Shown: piece by piece, positions 9,115 to 18,969 of the stretch
How the letters are laid out: each line of letters opens with the position of its first letter
Numbering within the stretch: position 1 is the stretch's first letter
DNA from: Ignavibacteria bacterium UBA2360
GTDB taxonomy: Bacteria; Bacteroidota; Ignavibacteria; Tepidaquicellales; OLB5
NCBI GenBank assembly: GCA_002344125.1
Contig: DDTQ01000004.1
Coordinates: 4,717-68,716 of the forward strand
Direction of reading: 5' to 3'
Length of the DNA stretch: 64,000 nucleotides
Notes under the pieces: generated by a model
What the model saw: the letters and a program-made list of their open reading frames with translations, nothing else
Database searches by the model: none
Told to the model about the DNA's origin: nothing
Position numbers and translations under genes: made by a program

Positions 9115-12057
9115 ATGAGGCTATTTAACCATTTCTTTTTAGCCCTTCTTTTAATTTTCACAGTTGCCACAGTTGACCTCATATCTCAGACTACCGGAAA
9201 GATCTCCGGCGTAGTGAGAGATGATAAAGGTGAACTTCTTATCGGCGCCAGGGTCGAAGTTGAGGGTACTCAATTGCGAAGCGGTACTGATGAGAACGGT
9301 CAGTATGCTATATTGAACGTTCCTGTAGGCACATATTCTGTTAAGGTTACTTATGTAGGATATGATGCCCAGGTTCAAAACAATATCGGCGTAAGTGTCG
9401 GTATAACTTCTACTGTTGATTTTACATTGTCATCAGGAACCGGAGTTACAATTGATACACTTCAAATTATTGCAAAAAGGAAGACACTTGATAACAGCGG
9501 AAAGATCATTAATAAAGAATTTATTGATAATACCGGTATCAGGGGCATCGAAAATATCGTCGCAAAGACAAGCGGCGTTGTTCAGGATGAAAAAGGACAG
9601 AACATCAATATCAGGGGCGGAAGAACCGGTGAAACCCAGATAATCATTGATGGTGTCGTAACAAATAATCCACTGGATAGAACCTCAACTGCTAACGTAT
9701 CGAATGGTGCGCTGCAGGAGTTAGCGGTTTTAACAGGCGGTTTCAGCGCGGAATACGGTAACGTACTAAGCGGTGTGATCAATGTAACAACCAGGTCAGC
9801 TCAGGAGAACTATACCGGATCAATTGATATTGTTACGGATGTGATCGCCGGTGATCATATTGGTACGAAGTCACAGGGCTATAATATTTACAGCGTAAGC
9901 ATAGGCGGACCTGTTATTCCAACCAAAAAATTAAGTAAATACTGGTCAATATTCGGAAGTTACGAGAAAACCTATAACCTGGTTGATCAACCGGTTACTA
10001 CAAGTGTAGCTGAATTGTGGGCAGATGACGGTATCCTTCCTAACTTCTCAAGAGCAGGTCAGTCATACACAGGTAAAACAATAATCAGCATCAGCGAAAT
10101 GACCAAAGGTAAAGTCAGCATGACTTTAACCGGCGGGTTCTTTGGTAATGAAGAGACATCAAGGCTTTGGACAGGCTCATTCGGTAAGTTCAATTCTTAC
10201 CATAATCCGCTTGTGAAAGATGATAATAAACAGGGCTATTTAAAAATTAACCAGTCATTTGGCTCAAAGACATTTTATGACCTGCAGGCTTCATACCTGC
10301 AATCAACATATAAAAGAGGCGATGGTATCTTCTTTGTTGATGAGTTAATTCCTAGCTTGCCCGGAAAAGACGGTTACATGTATCCTTCTATATTAGCATA
10401 CGGTGATACCAATACTGTACCCGGAATCTCCAGTATGGGAGGAACAGTAAATTCATCTGCTAATTTCAGGGTGTTCAGAGCACCGGGAACTGTAAGCGGA
10501 CAGTATGACAAACAGAAAACACAGGCTTTATCTTTTAACCTGAATTTCACACATCAGTTGTTAACAAAGAAATTTGGTAATCATGAATTGAAATTCGGCG
10601 GTGAGTTCAAACAGTTTAAGGTTAGAAACTATTCAGCTAATGTAATTGGCTTTGGTTCGCTTCCTAACCCCAATAAGTATGGATCGGGTAATGTTGTAAA
10701 CTATCCGGTAATAGACGAAAATGGTGCTAATTCAAACTTCATGAGTGCTTATGGATACGATGTTTATGGCAATGAAGTCGAAGAAGATTATATCGTAAAC
10801 GGATTGAATGTTACCGAAGCTCCCAAAAAACCAAGGATTGGTGGTTTCTACTTACTTGATAAAATGGAGTTTGATTACTTCAATACAAATCTTGGTATCA
10901 GGATAGACTATATGGATCCTAACACATTAGTCCCAATTTCATATGAAAACCTGAAAGGCGCTGATGGTGTATTAAATGAAGCTGATTATACAACTGTTGA
11001 AAAAACAATCGAAATCAGCCCAAGACTTGGTTTCTCATTCCCTATTACTGATAAAACGGTGTTCCACGCTCAGTATGGTAAATTCATTCAGCTTCCTGCA
11101 TTGGAAAACCTGTATGAAAACCAGAGAGTTATAAGAGATCTGGCTGATGGTGGCGTAGGTTATTTTACAGTGTTCAATAACCCGTTATTAAAACCCGAAA
11201 GAACAACGGCTTATGAGCTTGGAATAAAGCACACAGCCGGTGATTACGTTACTGTAGGTCTTACCGCTTTCTACAAAGAAACATCAGATCTTATCCAGGC
11301 CAGAAATATTAAAGCACAGGATAATTCTTATAGTTTCGCGTTGTATGATAACGGTGACTTTGGTATAGTAAGAGGTTTGGATTTCAGTCTTGACCTGAGA
11401 AGAATTAACCGTTTAAGAGCATCAATTTCTTATAGTTTATCATTTGCATCAGGAACCGGATCGGATATCAATAGCCAGAGCAATATTGCTTACAACGGCG
11501 ATGAACAGCCCAAGATTCCAAGCGCATTAGATTACGATCAGAGACACACCGGTTCAGTTGAGCTCGACTACAGATGGGGCACATCTGATGTACCCAAAGG
11601 CTTCTGGGGCGGAGTATTTTCAAGGTTAGGTTTCAACGCTTTATTCAGCTTTAACAGCGGAAGGCCATATACACCTTCATTGAATTCGTACGACGTCCTT
11701 CAGGTAGTTACATCACCGGGTGGAAATACTCCTGTAGCTCCATTAAATTCAGCATATTCACCTTGGAACATGAGACTTGATCTCAAGATAGATAAGTCAT
11801 TCAAGATATTTGATAAATTGAGTGCAAACTTGTACATTCTTGCAATCAATGTTCTTGATCAGGAATTAATAAACGATGTATTCCCAACTTCAGGAGAAGC
11901 CGGATATACAGGCTTTCTTGATAGCTTCACCGGCAAACAATGGGCAAATTCAGTTGGTCAAGCAGCAGTTGATCTTTATAATATCAGATCACATGCAATT
12001 AATAACTACGGTCCTCCAAGGCAGGTAAGGCTCGGATTCAGATTATTCTTTAATTAA
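9115..12057 (+). CDS. TonB-dependent receptor-like outer membrane protein with N-terminal carboxypeptidase-regulatory-like domain
   Basis: Signal peptide. CarbopepD_reg-like segment GKISGVVRDDKGELLIGARVEVEGT...GQYAILNVPVGTYSVKVTYVGY. Plug-like segment NINIRGGRTGETQIIIDGV. A long beta-rich C-terminal barrel follows. GGAGG RBS 8 nt upstream. Confidence 0.8.
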   Translation: MRLFNHFFLALLLIFTVATVDLISQTTGKISGVVRDDKGELLIGARVEVEGTQLRSGTDENGQYAILNVPVGTYSVKVTYVGYDAQVQNNIGVSVGITSTVDFTLSSGTGVTIDTLQIIAKRKTLDNSGKIINKEFIDNTGIRGIENIVAKTSGVVQDEKGQNINIRGGRTGETQIIIDGVVTNNPLDRTSTANVSNGALQELAVLTGGFSAEYGNVLSGVINVTTRSAQENYTGSIDIVTDVIAGDHIGTKSQGYNIYSVSIGGPVIPTKKLSKYWSIFGSYEKTYNLVDQPVTTSVAELWADDGILPNFSRAGQSYTGKTIISISEMTKGKVSMTLTGGFFGNEETSRLWTGSFGKFNSYHNPLVKDDNKQGYLKINQSFGSKTFYDLQASYLQSTYKRGDGIFFVDELIPSLPGKDGYMYPSILAYGDTNTVPGISSMGGTVNSSANFRVFRAPGTVSGQYDKQKTQALSFNLNFTHQLLTKKFGNHELKFGGEFKQFKVRNYSANVIGFGSLPNPNKYGSGNVVNYPVIDENGANSNFMSAYGYDVYGNEVEEDYIVNGLNVTEAPKKPRIGGFYLLDKMEFDYFNTNLGIRIDYMDPNTLVPISYENLKGADGVLNEADYTTVEKTIEISPRLGFSFPITDKTVFHAQYGKFIQLPALENLYENQRVIRDLADGGVGYFTVFNNPLLKPERTTAYELGIKHTAGDYVTVGLTAFYKETSDLIQARNIKAQDNSYSFALYDNGDFGIVRGLDFSLDLRRINRLRASISYSLSFASGTGSDINSQSNIAYNGDEQPKIPSALDYDQRHTGSVELDYRWGTSDVPKGFWGGVFSRLGFNALFSFNSGRPYTPSLNSYDVLQVVTSPGGNTPVAPLNSAYSPWNMRLDLKIDKSFKIFDKLSANLYILAINVLDQELINDVFPTSGEAGYTGFLDSFTGKQWANSVGQAAVDLYNIRSHAINNYGPPRQVRLGFRLFFN

Positions 12058-12077
12058 CTATCGGAGTGTTAATAAAT

Positions 12078-15000
12078 ATGAAAAAAGTAAATTTAAAATT
12101 AATGTTGATATTGCTCATTGGGCTGATTTTTCTGGCTCCGGTGAACGATCTTTTTGCCAAAGAAAGGAAAGGGTACTCTCCCGTAAGAATGAATGCGGGA
12201 GTTACGAATAACTTTCTTCAGGTGAATAATATAAATGCCGTTTTCAGAAGCGATGGTTATTTTAACTATGATAAGATCAACTTTCTGAATGGCGAAGCAG
12301 GAATGATCTGGCCGGTATCGGCCGGTTCAAGGCAAACAGCTATCTTTACAACCGGTATCTATATCGGAGCTAAAGTAAATGGCGAGCTTAGGCTTGCTGC
12401 TTCAATGTTTAATACACATTTTTCACCCGGTAATATTCCGGTCGTTGGGCAGGTTCCGGGATCTTCTGTTTGCGCTGATCCCAGAATAAGGAACTACCAG
12501 GTTAATTTAAATGATCCTTCTTTGGTTAACGGCGGTACAAGAGTTAAAAACGCCGGCGGAAGAGATTACACCATAGTTTACGATTCATGGGCTAGCTGGC
12601 CGATTGATCTGGGTGCGCCGTATGTTGAAGTGAACGGTATCCCCGGTTATCAGCCTGAATTTGATGGTGACAGACCCGGAATCGGTAACAGCTCAGCTCG
12701 TCCAGACGAAATTATCTGGTGCGTATTCATGGATTATACAAATTGTACCAATAATCAGCACGTGGCTGAAATATCACTGCCCGGCGGAACACTGCCGATG
12801 GGTGTAGAAGTACAACAGACATCCTTTGCATTTCTTGCTCCGGGTTTAACAAATATGTATTTTGTTAAATGGAAAATTATTAACAAAAGCAATGATACTT
12901 GGGATAGTACTTTTACAGCGATTGCCTGCGATCCAGATCTTGGTGATGCCGGTGATGACGCCGTGGGCTGCGATTCTTTACAAAATATTGCATACTGCTA
13001 TAACCAGGATAACGTTGACGTAATTTATGGCGCAGCGCCGCCAGCTGTGGGCTTTAAATATTTGCAGAGCCCAATCGTTTTCACTGGTGATCCTAACGAT
13101 ACTGCTCATTTACCATACGGTAATCTGGTAGGTTATAAATCTGTTGGTTTATCCTTGTTTACAACATTTGCAAATAGCGGTAATGAATGTTTTGGTGACC
13201 CCGACCAGGCAATAAATGCTTGGAATTTTATGAGATATGGTGAAGGCTGTGCTAATCCGTTGATAAACTATACAACGGGCGGACCTTCTAACTATAAATA
13301 TAACGGTGATGTATGCACAACTCCTCCTCAAGGCTGGTATGATAGTCTTCCCGGAGATAAAAGGTTCTTACAGGTAAGCGGTCCTTTTGTAATGAACTCG
13401 CAGGACACGCAGATAATTGTTATTGGCGCCTTTATTGAAAGAGGTGCAAGTAATTATCAGAGCGTTTGCGCATTACTTGAATCCGGTGACAGAGTACAGA
13501 AATTCTATAGCTCCAACTTCGCTGCTACACCATTACCTCCTGCTCCGCAGGTTAATGTTGTTGCAAACGGCGATGGAAAGATCACACTCTATTGGGGGTC
13601 AAGGTCAGAAGCCTATAATGTGTATGACTCACTGGGTCAGACTGGTTCATGGGTTTTCCAGGGCTATAACCTGTACCAGATAAAACCCGGTACTTCCGGT
13701 GATAATCTCGAAGATAGGGTGCTTCTGGGTGTTTATGACAGAATTGATGGAATTAAAATTGTAAATGATACGGTAAGAGTCGCACAGCCAAACGGTACCA
13801 CACAGGATATCTATCAGCCTGTCGCTTTTGGTAATGATAATGGAGTTAGAAGGCTTGTTACTTTAACTGCAAATCAGTTCCCATCAGGCGTTAACAACTT
13901 CTTCATCAACGGTACTTCTTACAGATTTGCGGTAACTGCTTATGGTGTAAACCTGAATGCAGGTAAACCTTTCAAAGTCCTTGAAAATCCTGTATCATCA
14001 CAGATCATCAATGTAGTACCAAATGCTCCAATGATTGGAACTAACTTTATTAACCGTTCTCTTGATACTATTCCTATTGATAGGCCGGACAGGGTTTTTG
14101 CGGCCGTAGTTGTTGATCCTGCGAAAGTCTTGACGGCTCAATACAGGATGGTATGGACAAGCAACACAACATGGAAAGTTGTAAGGATCCAGAATGCCCA
14201 GACAGATACAATTCTTGGCAACATGAATTCCAGATCATTTAATGATAATGATGCTTATGTTGCTGACGGACTTTTGTTCAAAGTTGATACAATTGCTAAA
14301 GCGCTTTACGGCGTTATCAAAGATCCGGGTCCCGGAACCCAATCAGTTAACCGCGGCTGGAATTATACCGGAGGTAACCTGAACTTGGCCGGTGCAGATA
14401 CAGCTGCTTTACGGACATTATTTACAACCAATTATTTACCGCCCCAGAGTTTATCAATGGGTCTATCGTGGCCTAATGGTATTACTTCATACAGGGCTAA
14501 CTATAACACAAGAATTGATACCAATTTCTTGAGTGTTTCAGCATTGAAAAATGTGAAGATCACTTTCGGAACAACCCAAAAAGCATATAGGTACAGGGGA
14601 ATAGTTACCAACTCACCATACCAGGATTATGTTGATGTTCCGTTTAAAGTAGAAATAGATGATCCATTGGATACAAACTCATCAGTTCCAAGACAGCTGA
14701 ATATTGCATTCTATGACGGTGACTCAAGCGGTACATGGAATCCAAATACTTCAGGCAGTGGTGGAGCTGAATTTGTTTATATTATGTATTCAACATACGA
14801 TCCAAATCCAAATACATTCTATACAACAAAGAATCTCAGCTTCCTGGCTCAATTCAGGGCAATGGATATAATGTATGTTTGGCAGCCAAGGCTTCTAAAT
14901 AACGGTCCTGCATTCAGCAACGGTGATGTTCTTGAGATCATTCCTTACACAAGATTGCAGTATCAGCAGTCACCGGGCACTGTTACAACAGCCACAACAA

Positions 15001-15371
15001 TAAGCACAACGGCTCCTGTAATTGGAAATACTGAATTAGCATCTACAAGAGGTGAATTATCATCAGTCAGAGTTGTCCCGAATCCGTATTATGGCGGACA
15101 TGCTCAGGAATCAAGTCCGTTTGACAGATTTGTTAAGTTCATGAATATGCCGAAGCAGGCTACAATCTTCATATATACATTGAACGGAAATCTTGTAAGA
15201 CAGATTAACAAAGATGATAATACAACAACGATCAATTGGGATTTGTTAAATACTGATAGAGTTCCTGTAGCAAGCGGAATTTATATCGCGTTTATCGATG
15301 CCCCGGGTATAGGTACAAAAACAATAAAACTTGCGATCTTCACTCCGCAGGAAAGAATTGATTCGTTCTAA
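12078..15371 (+). CDS. large secreted protein of unknown function with divergent T9SS/FlgD-Ig-like C-terminal domain
   Basis: I prefer the ATG at 12078 (MKKVNLKLMLILLIGLIFLAP signal peptide) over the GTG at 12066. I cannot name any domain in ~1000 aa. The last ~90 aa (VRVVPNPYYGG...ATIFIYTLNGNLV...SGIYIAFIDAPG...) resemble a sorting or Ig-like tail. Confidence 0.75.
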   Translation: MKKVNLKLMLILLIGLIFLAPVNDLFAKERKGYSPVRMNAGVTNNFLQVNNINAVFRSDGYFNYDKINFLNGEAGMIWPVSAGSRQTAIFTTGIYIGAKVNGELRLAASMFNTHFSPGNIPVVGQVPGSSVCADPRIRNYQVNLNDPSLVNGGTRVKNAGGRDYTIVYDSWASWPIDLGAPYVEVNGIPGYQPEFDGDRPGIGNSSARPDEIIWCVFMDYTNCTNNQHVAEISLPGGTLPMGVEVQQTSFAFLAPGLTNMYFVKWKIINKSNDTWDSTFTAIACDPDLGDAGDDAVGCDSLQNIAYCYNQDNVDVIYGAAPPAVGFKYLQSPIVFTGDPNDTAHLPYGNLVGYKSVGLSLFTTFANSGNECFGDPDQAINAWNFMRYGEGCANPLINYTTGGPSNYKYNGDVCTTPPQGWYDSLPGDKRFLQVSGPFVMNSQDTQIIVIGAFIERGASNYQSVCALLESGDRVQKFYSSNFAATPLPPAPQVNVVANGDGKITLYWGSRSEAYNVYDSLGQTGSWVFQGYNLYQIKPGTSGDNLEDRVLLGVYDRIDGIKIVNDTVRVAQPNGTTQDIYQPVAFGNDNGVRRLVTLTANQFPSGVNNFFINGTSYRFAVTAYGVNLNAGKPFKVLENPVSSQIINVVPNAPMIGTNFINRSLDTIPIDRPDRVFAAVVVDPAKVLTAQYRMVWTSNTTWKVVRIQNAQTDTILGNMNSRSFNDNDAYVADGLLFKVDTIAKALYGVIKDPGPGTQSVNRGWNYTGGNLNLAGADTAALRTLFTTNYLPPQSLSMGLSWPNGITSYRANYNTRIDTNFLSVSALKNVKITFGTTQKAYRYRGIVTNSPYQDYVDVPFKVEIDDPLDTNSSVPRQLNIAFYDGDSSGTWNPNTSGSGGAEFVYIMYSTYDPNPNTFYTTKNLSFLAQFRAMDIMYVWQPRLLNNGPAFSNGDVLEIIPYTRLQYQQSPGTVTTATTISTTAPVIGNTELASTRGELSSVRVVPNPYYGGHAQESSPFDRFVKFMNMPKQATIFIYTLNGNLVRQINKDDNTTTINWDLLNTDRVPVASGIYIAFIDAPGIGTKTIKLAIFTPQERIDSF

Positions 15372-15409
15372 ACAGTAATGTAAATAAATCAATAAGGAGC
15401 TTAAAAAAA

Positions 15410-16474
15410 ATGAAATTATATCATAAAATAAAAACAGCTGCTAAATCAGCATTGATATTTACATTGCTGATAGGCAGTATTAGTTTTGCAGGAGACCGTA
15501 GCAAATACGGTACTTCTGCAGCGCCGGAATTACTCATTCCGGTTGGATCGAGAGGAACTTCTTTAAGCGGCTCTATGATCTCTTCAACTTCAGGTATTGA
15601 TGCTATGTATTGGAACCCGGCTGGTCTTTCACTTATGAACAGTAAGACAGAAGTTCTTGCTTCACATATGAAGTACATTGCCGATATCAATATTAACTAT
15701 GTTGCCGGCGCAGTCGATATGGGCAATCTTGGTGTTATTGGTGCAAGCTTGAAATCACTCAGCTTTGGTGATGAACTTGTTACTACACTGGAAAGTCCTA
15801 ACGGAACCGGTGAAGTTTGGTCTCCAACTTATCTTACCACATCACTTTCTTATGCCAGAAAGATGTCCGATAAGATATTATTCGGCGCAACCGTGAAAGT
15901 CATTTACGAGCAGATACTTACCGTTTCATCAACAGGATTCGCTGTGGATTTCGGTTTGCAGTATCTTGCTGGTAAATCAGGTCTGAAGTTCGGTGTAGCT
16001 TTAAAGAACTTCGGTCCTTCAATGACATTTGACGGCAGCGGATTAGATCAGTACTACTCTCCGGCAGGTACACCTGTTGGTTCTACACCTGAACCAAGGA
16101 GAGTTACACTGAATGACTTCTCGCTTCCTACTACGCTTGAGATCGGCATTTCTTATGATCTGCCAATGGGCAAAAAGAACAATGTTCAGTTATCAACAAC
16201 ATTCCAGAATAATAACTTTTCAAGCGACGAATACAGAGTTGGTTTGGAGTACAATTACAGCAACTACGTATTCTTAAGAGGTGCTTATGCTTTTACACCG
16301 GATTACAAAGTTGAAGATGGTCTTACAAGAAAAGATCAGAATCTCTTTGGACCCACATTTGGTGTAGGGTTGCAGTATCCTTTTGGCACAGTAAAGCTTG
16401 GACTTGATTATTCATACAGAATGACTGAGAAGTTCCAGCCTAATCAATGGTTCTCATTCACAATGGGCTTCTAG
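15410..16474 (+). CDS. PorV/PorQ-family outer membrane beta-barrel protein
   Basis: Signal peptide. The N-terminal segment GTSAAPELLIPVGSRGTSLSGSMISSTSGIDAMYWNPAGLS matches the characteristic PorV-family opening motif. The rest has alternating beta-strand-like sequence and ends in ...WFSFTMGF. AAGGAG RBS. Confidence 0.6.
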   Translation: MKLYHKIKTAAKSALIFTLLIGSISFAGDRSKYGTSAAPELLIPVGSRGTSLSGSMISSTSGIDAMYWNPAGLSLMNSKTEVLASHMKYIADININYVAGAVDMGNLGVIGASLKSLSFGDELVTTLESPNGTGEVWSPTYLTTSLSYARKMSDKILFGATVKVIYEQILTVSSTGFAVDFGLQYLAGKSGLKFGVALKNFGPSMTFDGSGLDQYYSPAGTPVGSTPEPRRVTLNDFSLPTTLEIGISYDLPMGKKNNVQLSTTFQNNNFSSDEYRVGLEYNYSNYVFLRGAYAFTPDYKVEDGLTRKDQNLFGPTFGVGLQYPFGTVKLGLDYSYRMTEKFQPNQWFSFTMGF

Positions 16475-16502
16475 TTCATTGATAGAATAAATTTCTAATC
16501 TT

Positions 16503-16540
16503 GAAAATGCCATTTACTTCTGTAAATGGCATTTTCTGTT
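16503..16540 (+). terminator. hairpin / possible terminator or attenuator between the PorV-like and GWxTD genes
   Basis: Perfect 14-bp stem gaaaatgccattta / taaatggcattttc with loop cttctg. It is followed by only a short T-rich tail (tgtt). Confidence 0.5.
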
Positions 16541-16559
16541 ACTAAAATTAATAATACTT

Positions 16560-17927
16560 ATGTTTAAAAGAATTAATCAAATCATCATCCTTATCACTCT
16601 TTTTAGCACAGCCATTTTCTCACAGAACGAACTTTCATTTGATTATGACTATGCAATTTTCAGGGACGAAGGCTCAAAGGTTTTCCTTGAACTCTATTAT
16701 TCTTTTTCACCGCAAGAAATGAAGTTTGTGCAGGTCGCCGGCGGATTTGAAGCCAGCGGTAAATTGCAGCTCGATGTGCTAAATAAAGGTACAGGCCAAA
16801 CGATCGTCGCTAAGGATTTCAGGATCCCGGTGACGCTAGCTGACACATCAGGAAGTACCAAAGACTTCAAATTAACAGGACAGCTGAACCTTTTGCTTGA
16901 TTCAGGTACCTACGCGGTCAAAATGAATGCTTCGGATTTCAATAACCCATCGAAAACAAGTTTTGTGGAAGAAGAGATAGTACTTAAGCCCTTTCCCTTA
17001 AACAAAGTTATTATGAGTACTATTGAGCTTGGAACAAGCATTGTTAAGAGTACCGATGAAAACAATATCTTCTACAAGAATACGCTTGAGGTTACCCCGA
17101 ACCCATCAAACCTGTTTGGTAACAACATCTCAAAACTCTATTACTATCTTGAATTGTACAATCTGAATAATGCTGAACTCGGTGAAAAGTATTCAATAGT
17201 AACTTCTGTAAACAGCAAAGATGGTACTGAGTTGAGCTCCAGTGTTAAAAAATATGACCTGAAGTCTGAATCTAAAGTTGAATATGGATCTGTAGATATC
17301 AGCGGTTTACCTTCCAACAGCTACCAGTTGTTTGTAAAACTGCTCGATAGCGGAGATAGTGAAATTCTCAGAGCGTACAAATATTTCTATGTTTTCAGTA
17401 GTGATACCGGTACTGGCAGCCAGAATTTAACAGATCTTGAAAATCAGTACTTGCTTAGCGAGTATCCCAAACTCACAGAAAAACAGGTAGATGATGAATT
17501 TAATAAGGCTATCTATTTAATGAGTGACCAGCAAAAGAATAAATATGAAACTCTCAAGAGCACCGATGAAAAGAGAATGTATATGTTCAATTACTGGAGA
17601 GGAATCGCTGCTTATATTACTAAAAAGGAATATTTAGCCCGAATTGATTTTGCTAATAAAAATTTCAAGAGCGATTTGCGCGAAGGATGGAAAACAGATA
17701 GAGGAAGAATTACTGCAATTTACGGAAAGTATGATGAGATTGAAAGATTTCCGTATGAAGGATCAACACGCGCATATGAAATATGGACATACAATAAACT
17801 GCAGGGCGGCGCTGTTTTCGTTTTCATTGATAACAGCTCCGGATTTGGAGATTACATACTTGCGCACTCCACAGCGCAAAATGAGATAAGAGACGATAAT
17901 TGGCGTGATAGGATCAATATCAGGTAA
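16560..17927 (+). CDS. GWxTD domain-containing protein
   Basis: Signal peptide. The C-terminal region contains the eponymous motif (REGWKTDRGRITAIYGKYDEIERFPYEG...YEIWTY). Confidence 0.7.
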   Translation: MFKRINQIIILITLFSTAIFSQNELSFDYDYAIFRDEGSKVFLELYYSFSPQEMKFVQVAGGFEASGKLQLDVLNKGTGQTIVAKDFRIPVTLADTSGSTKDFKLTGQLNLLLDSGTYAVKMNASDFNNPSKTSFVEEEIVLKPFPLNKVIMSTIELGTSIVKSTDENNIFYKNTLEVTPNPSNLFGNNISKLYYYLELYNLNNAELGEKYSIVTSVNSKDGTELSSSVKKYDLKSESKVEYGSVDISGLPSNSYQLFVKLLDSGDSEILRAYKYFYVFSSDTGTGSQNLTDLENQYLLSEYPKLTEKQVDDEFNKAIYLMSDQQKNKYETLKSTDEKRMYMFNYWRGIAAYITKKEYLARIDFANKNFKSDLREGWKTDRGRITAIYGKYDEIERFPYEGSTRAYEIWTYNKLQGGAVFVFIDNSSGFGDYILAHSTAQNEIRDDNWRDRINIR

Positions 17928-17934
17928 ACTCTTA

Positions 17935-17957
17935 AGCCCCGCTTGCGGGGCTTTTTT
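17935..17957 (+). terminator. rho-independent terminator
   Basis: gccccg cttg cggggc hairpin followed by T6, 8 nt after the stop codon. The same 28-nt sequence recurs at 43877-43904. Confidence 0.8.
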
Positions 17958-18030
17958 ATGAGGTAATTTTAGGATTTAAACAAATAAATATAATACTGAT
18001 ATTTGCTGAATCGCAAAATTAATAAAAATA

Positions 18031-18954
18031 GTGTTTAAATTCAGATATCATATAGTATTAGCCTCTTTTTTGCTCTCCGCAGTTTTGTGGATTAGCCTGA
18101 ATTTGAACCAAACTTACGAGATCGAAAAAACTGTTCCCGTTAAATTTAATGTTAATAAACCATACGCTGTTTCAGGTAACATTCCGCTCAATCTCGATGT
18201 CAAATTCAGAGGAGTTGGCTGGAACCTTATAAGATTGTTTACTTCATTTAATCTTGAATTTACTTATGACGTTAATGCAAAGAAGAAAGACCAGTTTATT
18301 GTAGTAACAAAAGAATTTCTGGATAATAACCTTGGGTTAAGTCAGAATCTGCAGATCACTGCTGTTTATCCTGAAACTCTCTTTGTAAAGATAGATAGTT
18401 ACGAAGAGAAGTATGTAAAACTTCATCCAAATATTCAAATTGACTGCATGGAAGGCTACCAGGTTGTGGGTAAGCCGGTATTGGTACCCGACAGTATAAA
18501 AATTGGCGGTGCATTTGAAATACTCAAAACCCTTGATTACTTTAACACAAGAAGTATAAAGTTTGAAAATGTAAACGCAGGCATTAACCGCAGGATCAAT
18601 GTTTCTGACAGCCTTTCAAATATACTGTGGTTTTCGCAAAATGAGATTGATCTGAAAATTGAAATTGAGCCCACAGCTGAAAAGGAGTTTAGTAATATTG
18701 AGATATTTGTAACCGAACTGCCCGATGATAAAGAAGTTCTTCTGATCCCGCAAGCCGTAACCATACAATTAAAGGGCGGGGTAAACCAGCTTGCAAAGAT
18801 TGAACCCGCAGGTATCAAAGCGAGTATTGACTTCAGGAAAATTCTTTCTGATTCAACAGGTTCACTCACCCCGGTATTTGATATACCTCCGGGCAGCACA
18901 GTAATTTCAGTGAAACCGGAAACCATCCAATATGTTATTAAACGGAAATATTAA
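18031..18954 (+). CDS. YbbR-like domain protein (tentative)
   Basis: GTG start and one N-terminal TM helix. It is followed by repeated ~80-aa beta-rich modules with the typical YbbR/CdaR layout. The assignment rests on architecture only. Confidence 0.4.
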   Translation: MFKFRYHIVLASFLLSAVLWISLNLNQTYEIEKTVPVKFNVNKPYAVSGNIPLNLDVKFRGVGWNLIRLFTSFNLEFTYDVNAKKKDQFIVVTKEFLDNNLGLSQNLQITAVYPETLFVKIDSYEEKYVKLHPNIQIDCMEGYQVVGKPVLVPDSIKIGGAFEILKTLDYFNTRSIKFENVNAGINRRINVSDSLSNILWFSQNEIDLKIEIEPTAEKEFSNIEIFVTELPDDKEVLLIPQAVTIQLKGGVNQLAKIEPAGIKASIDFRKILSDSTGSLTPVFDIPPGSTVISVKPETIQYVIKRKY

Positions 18955-18969
18955 TCTATAAGAGTATAA

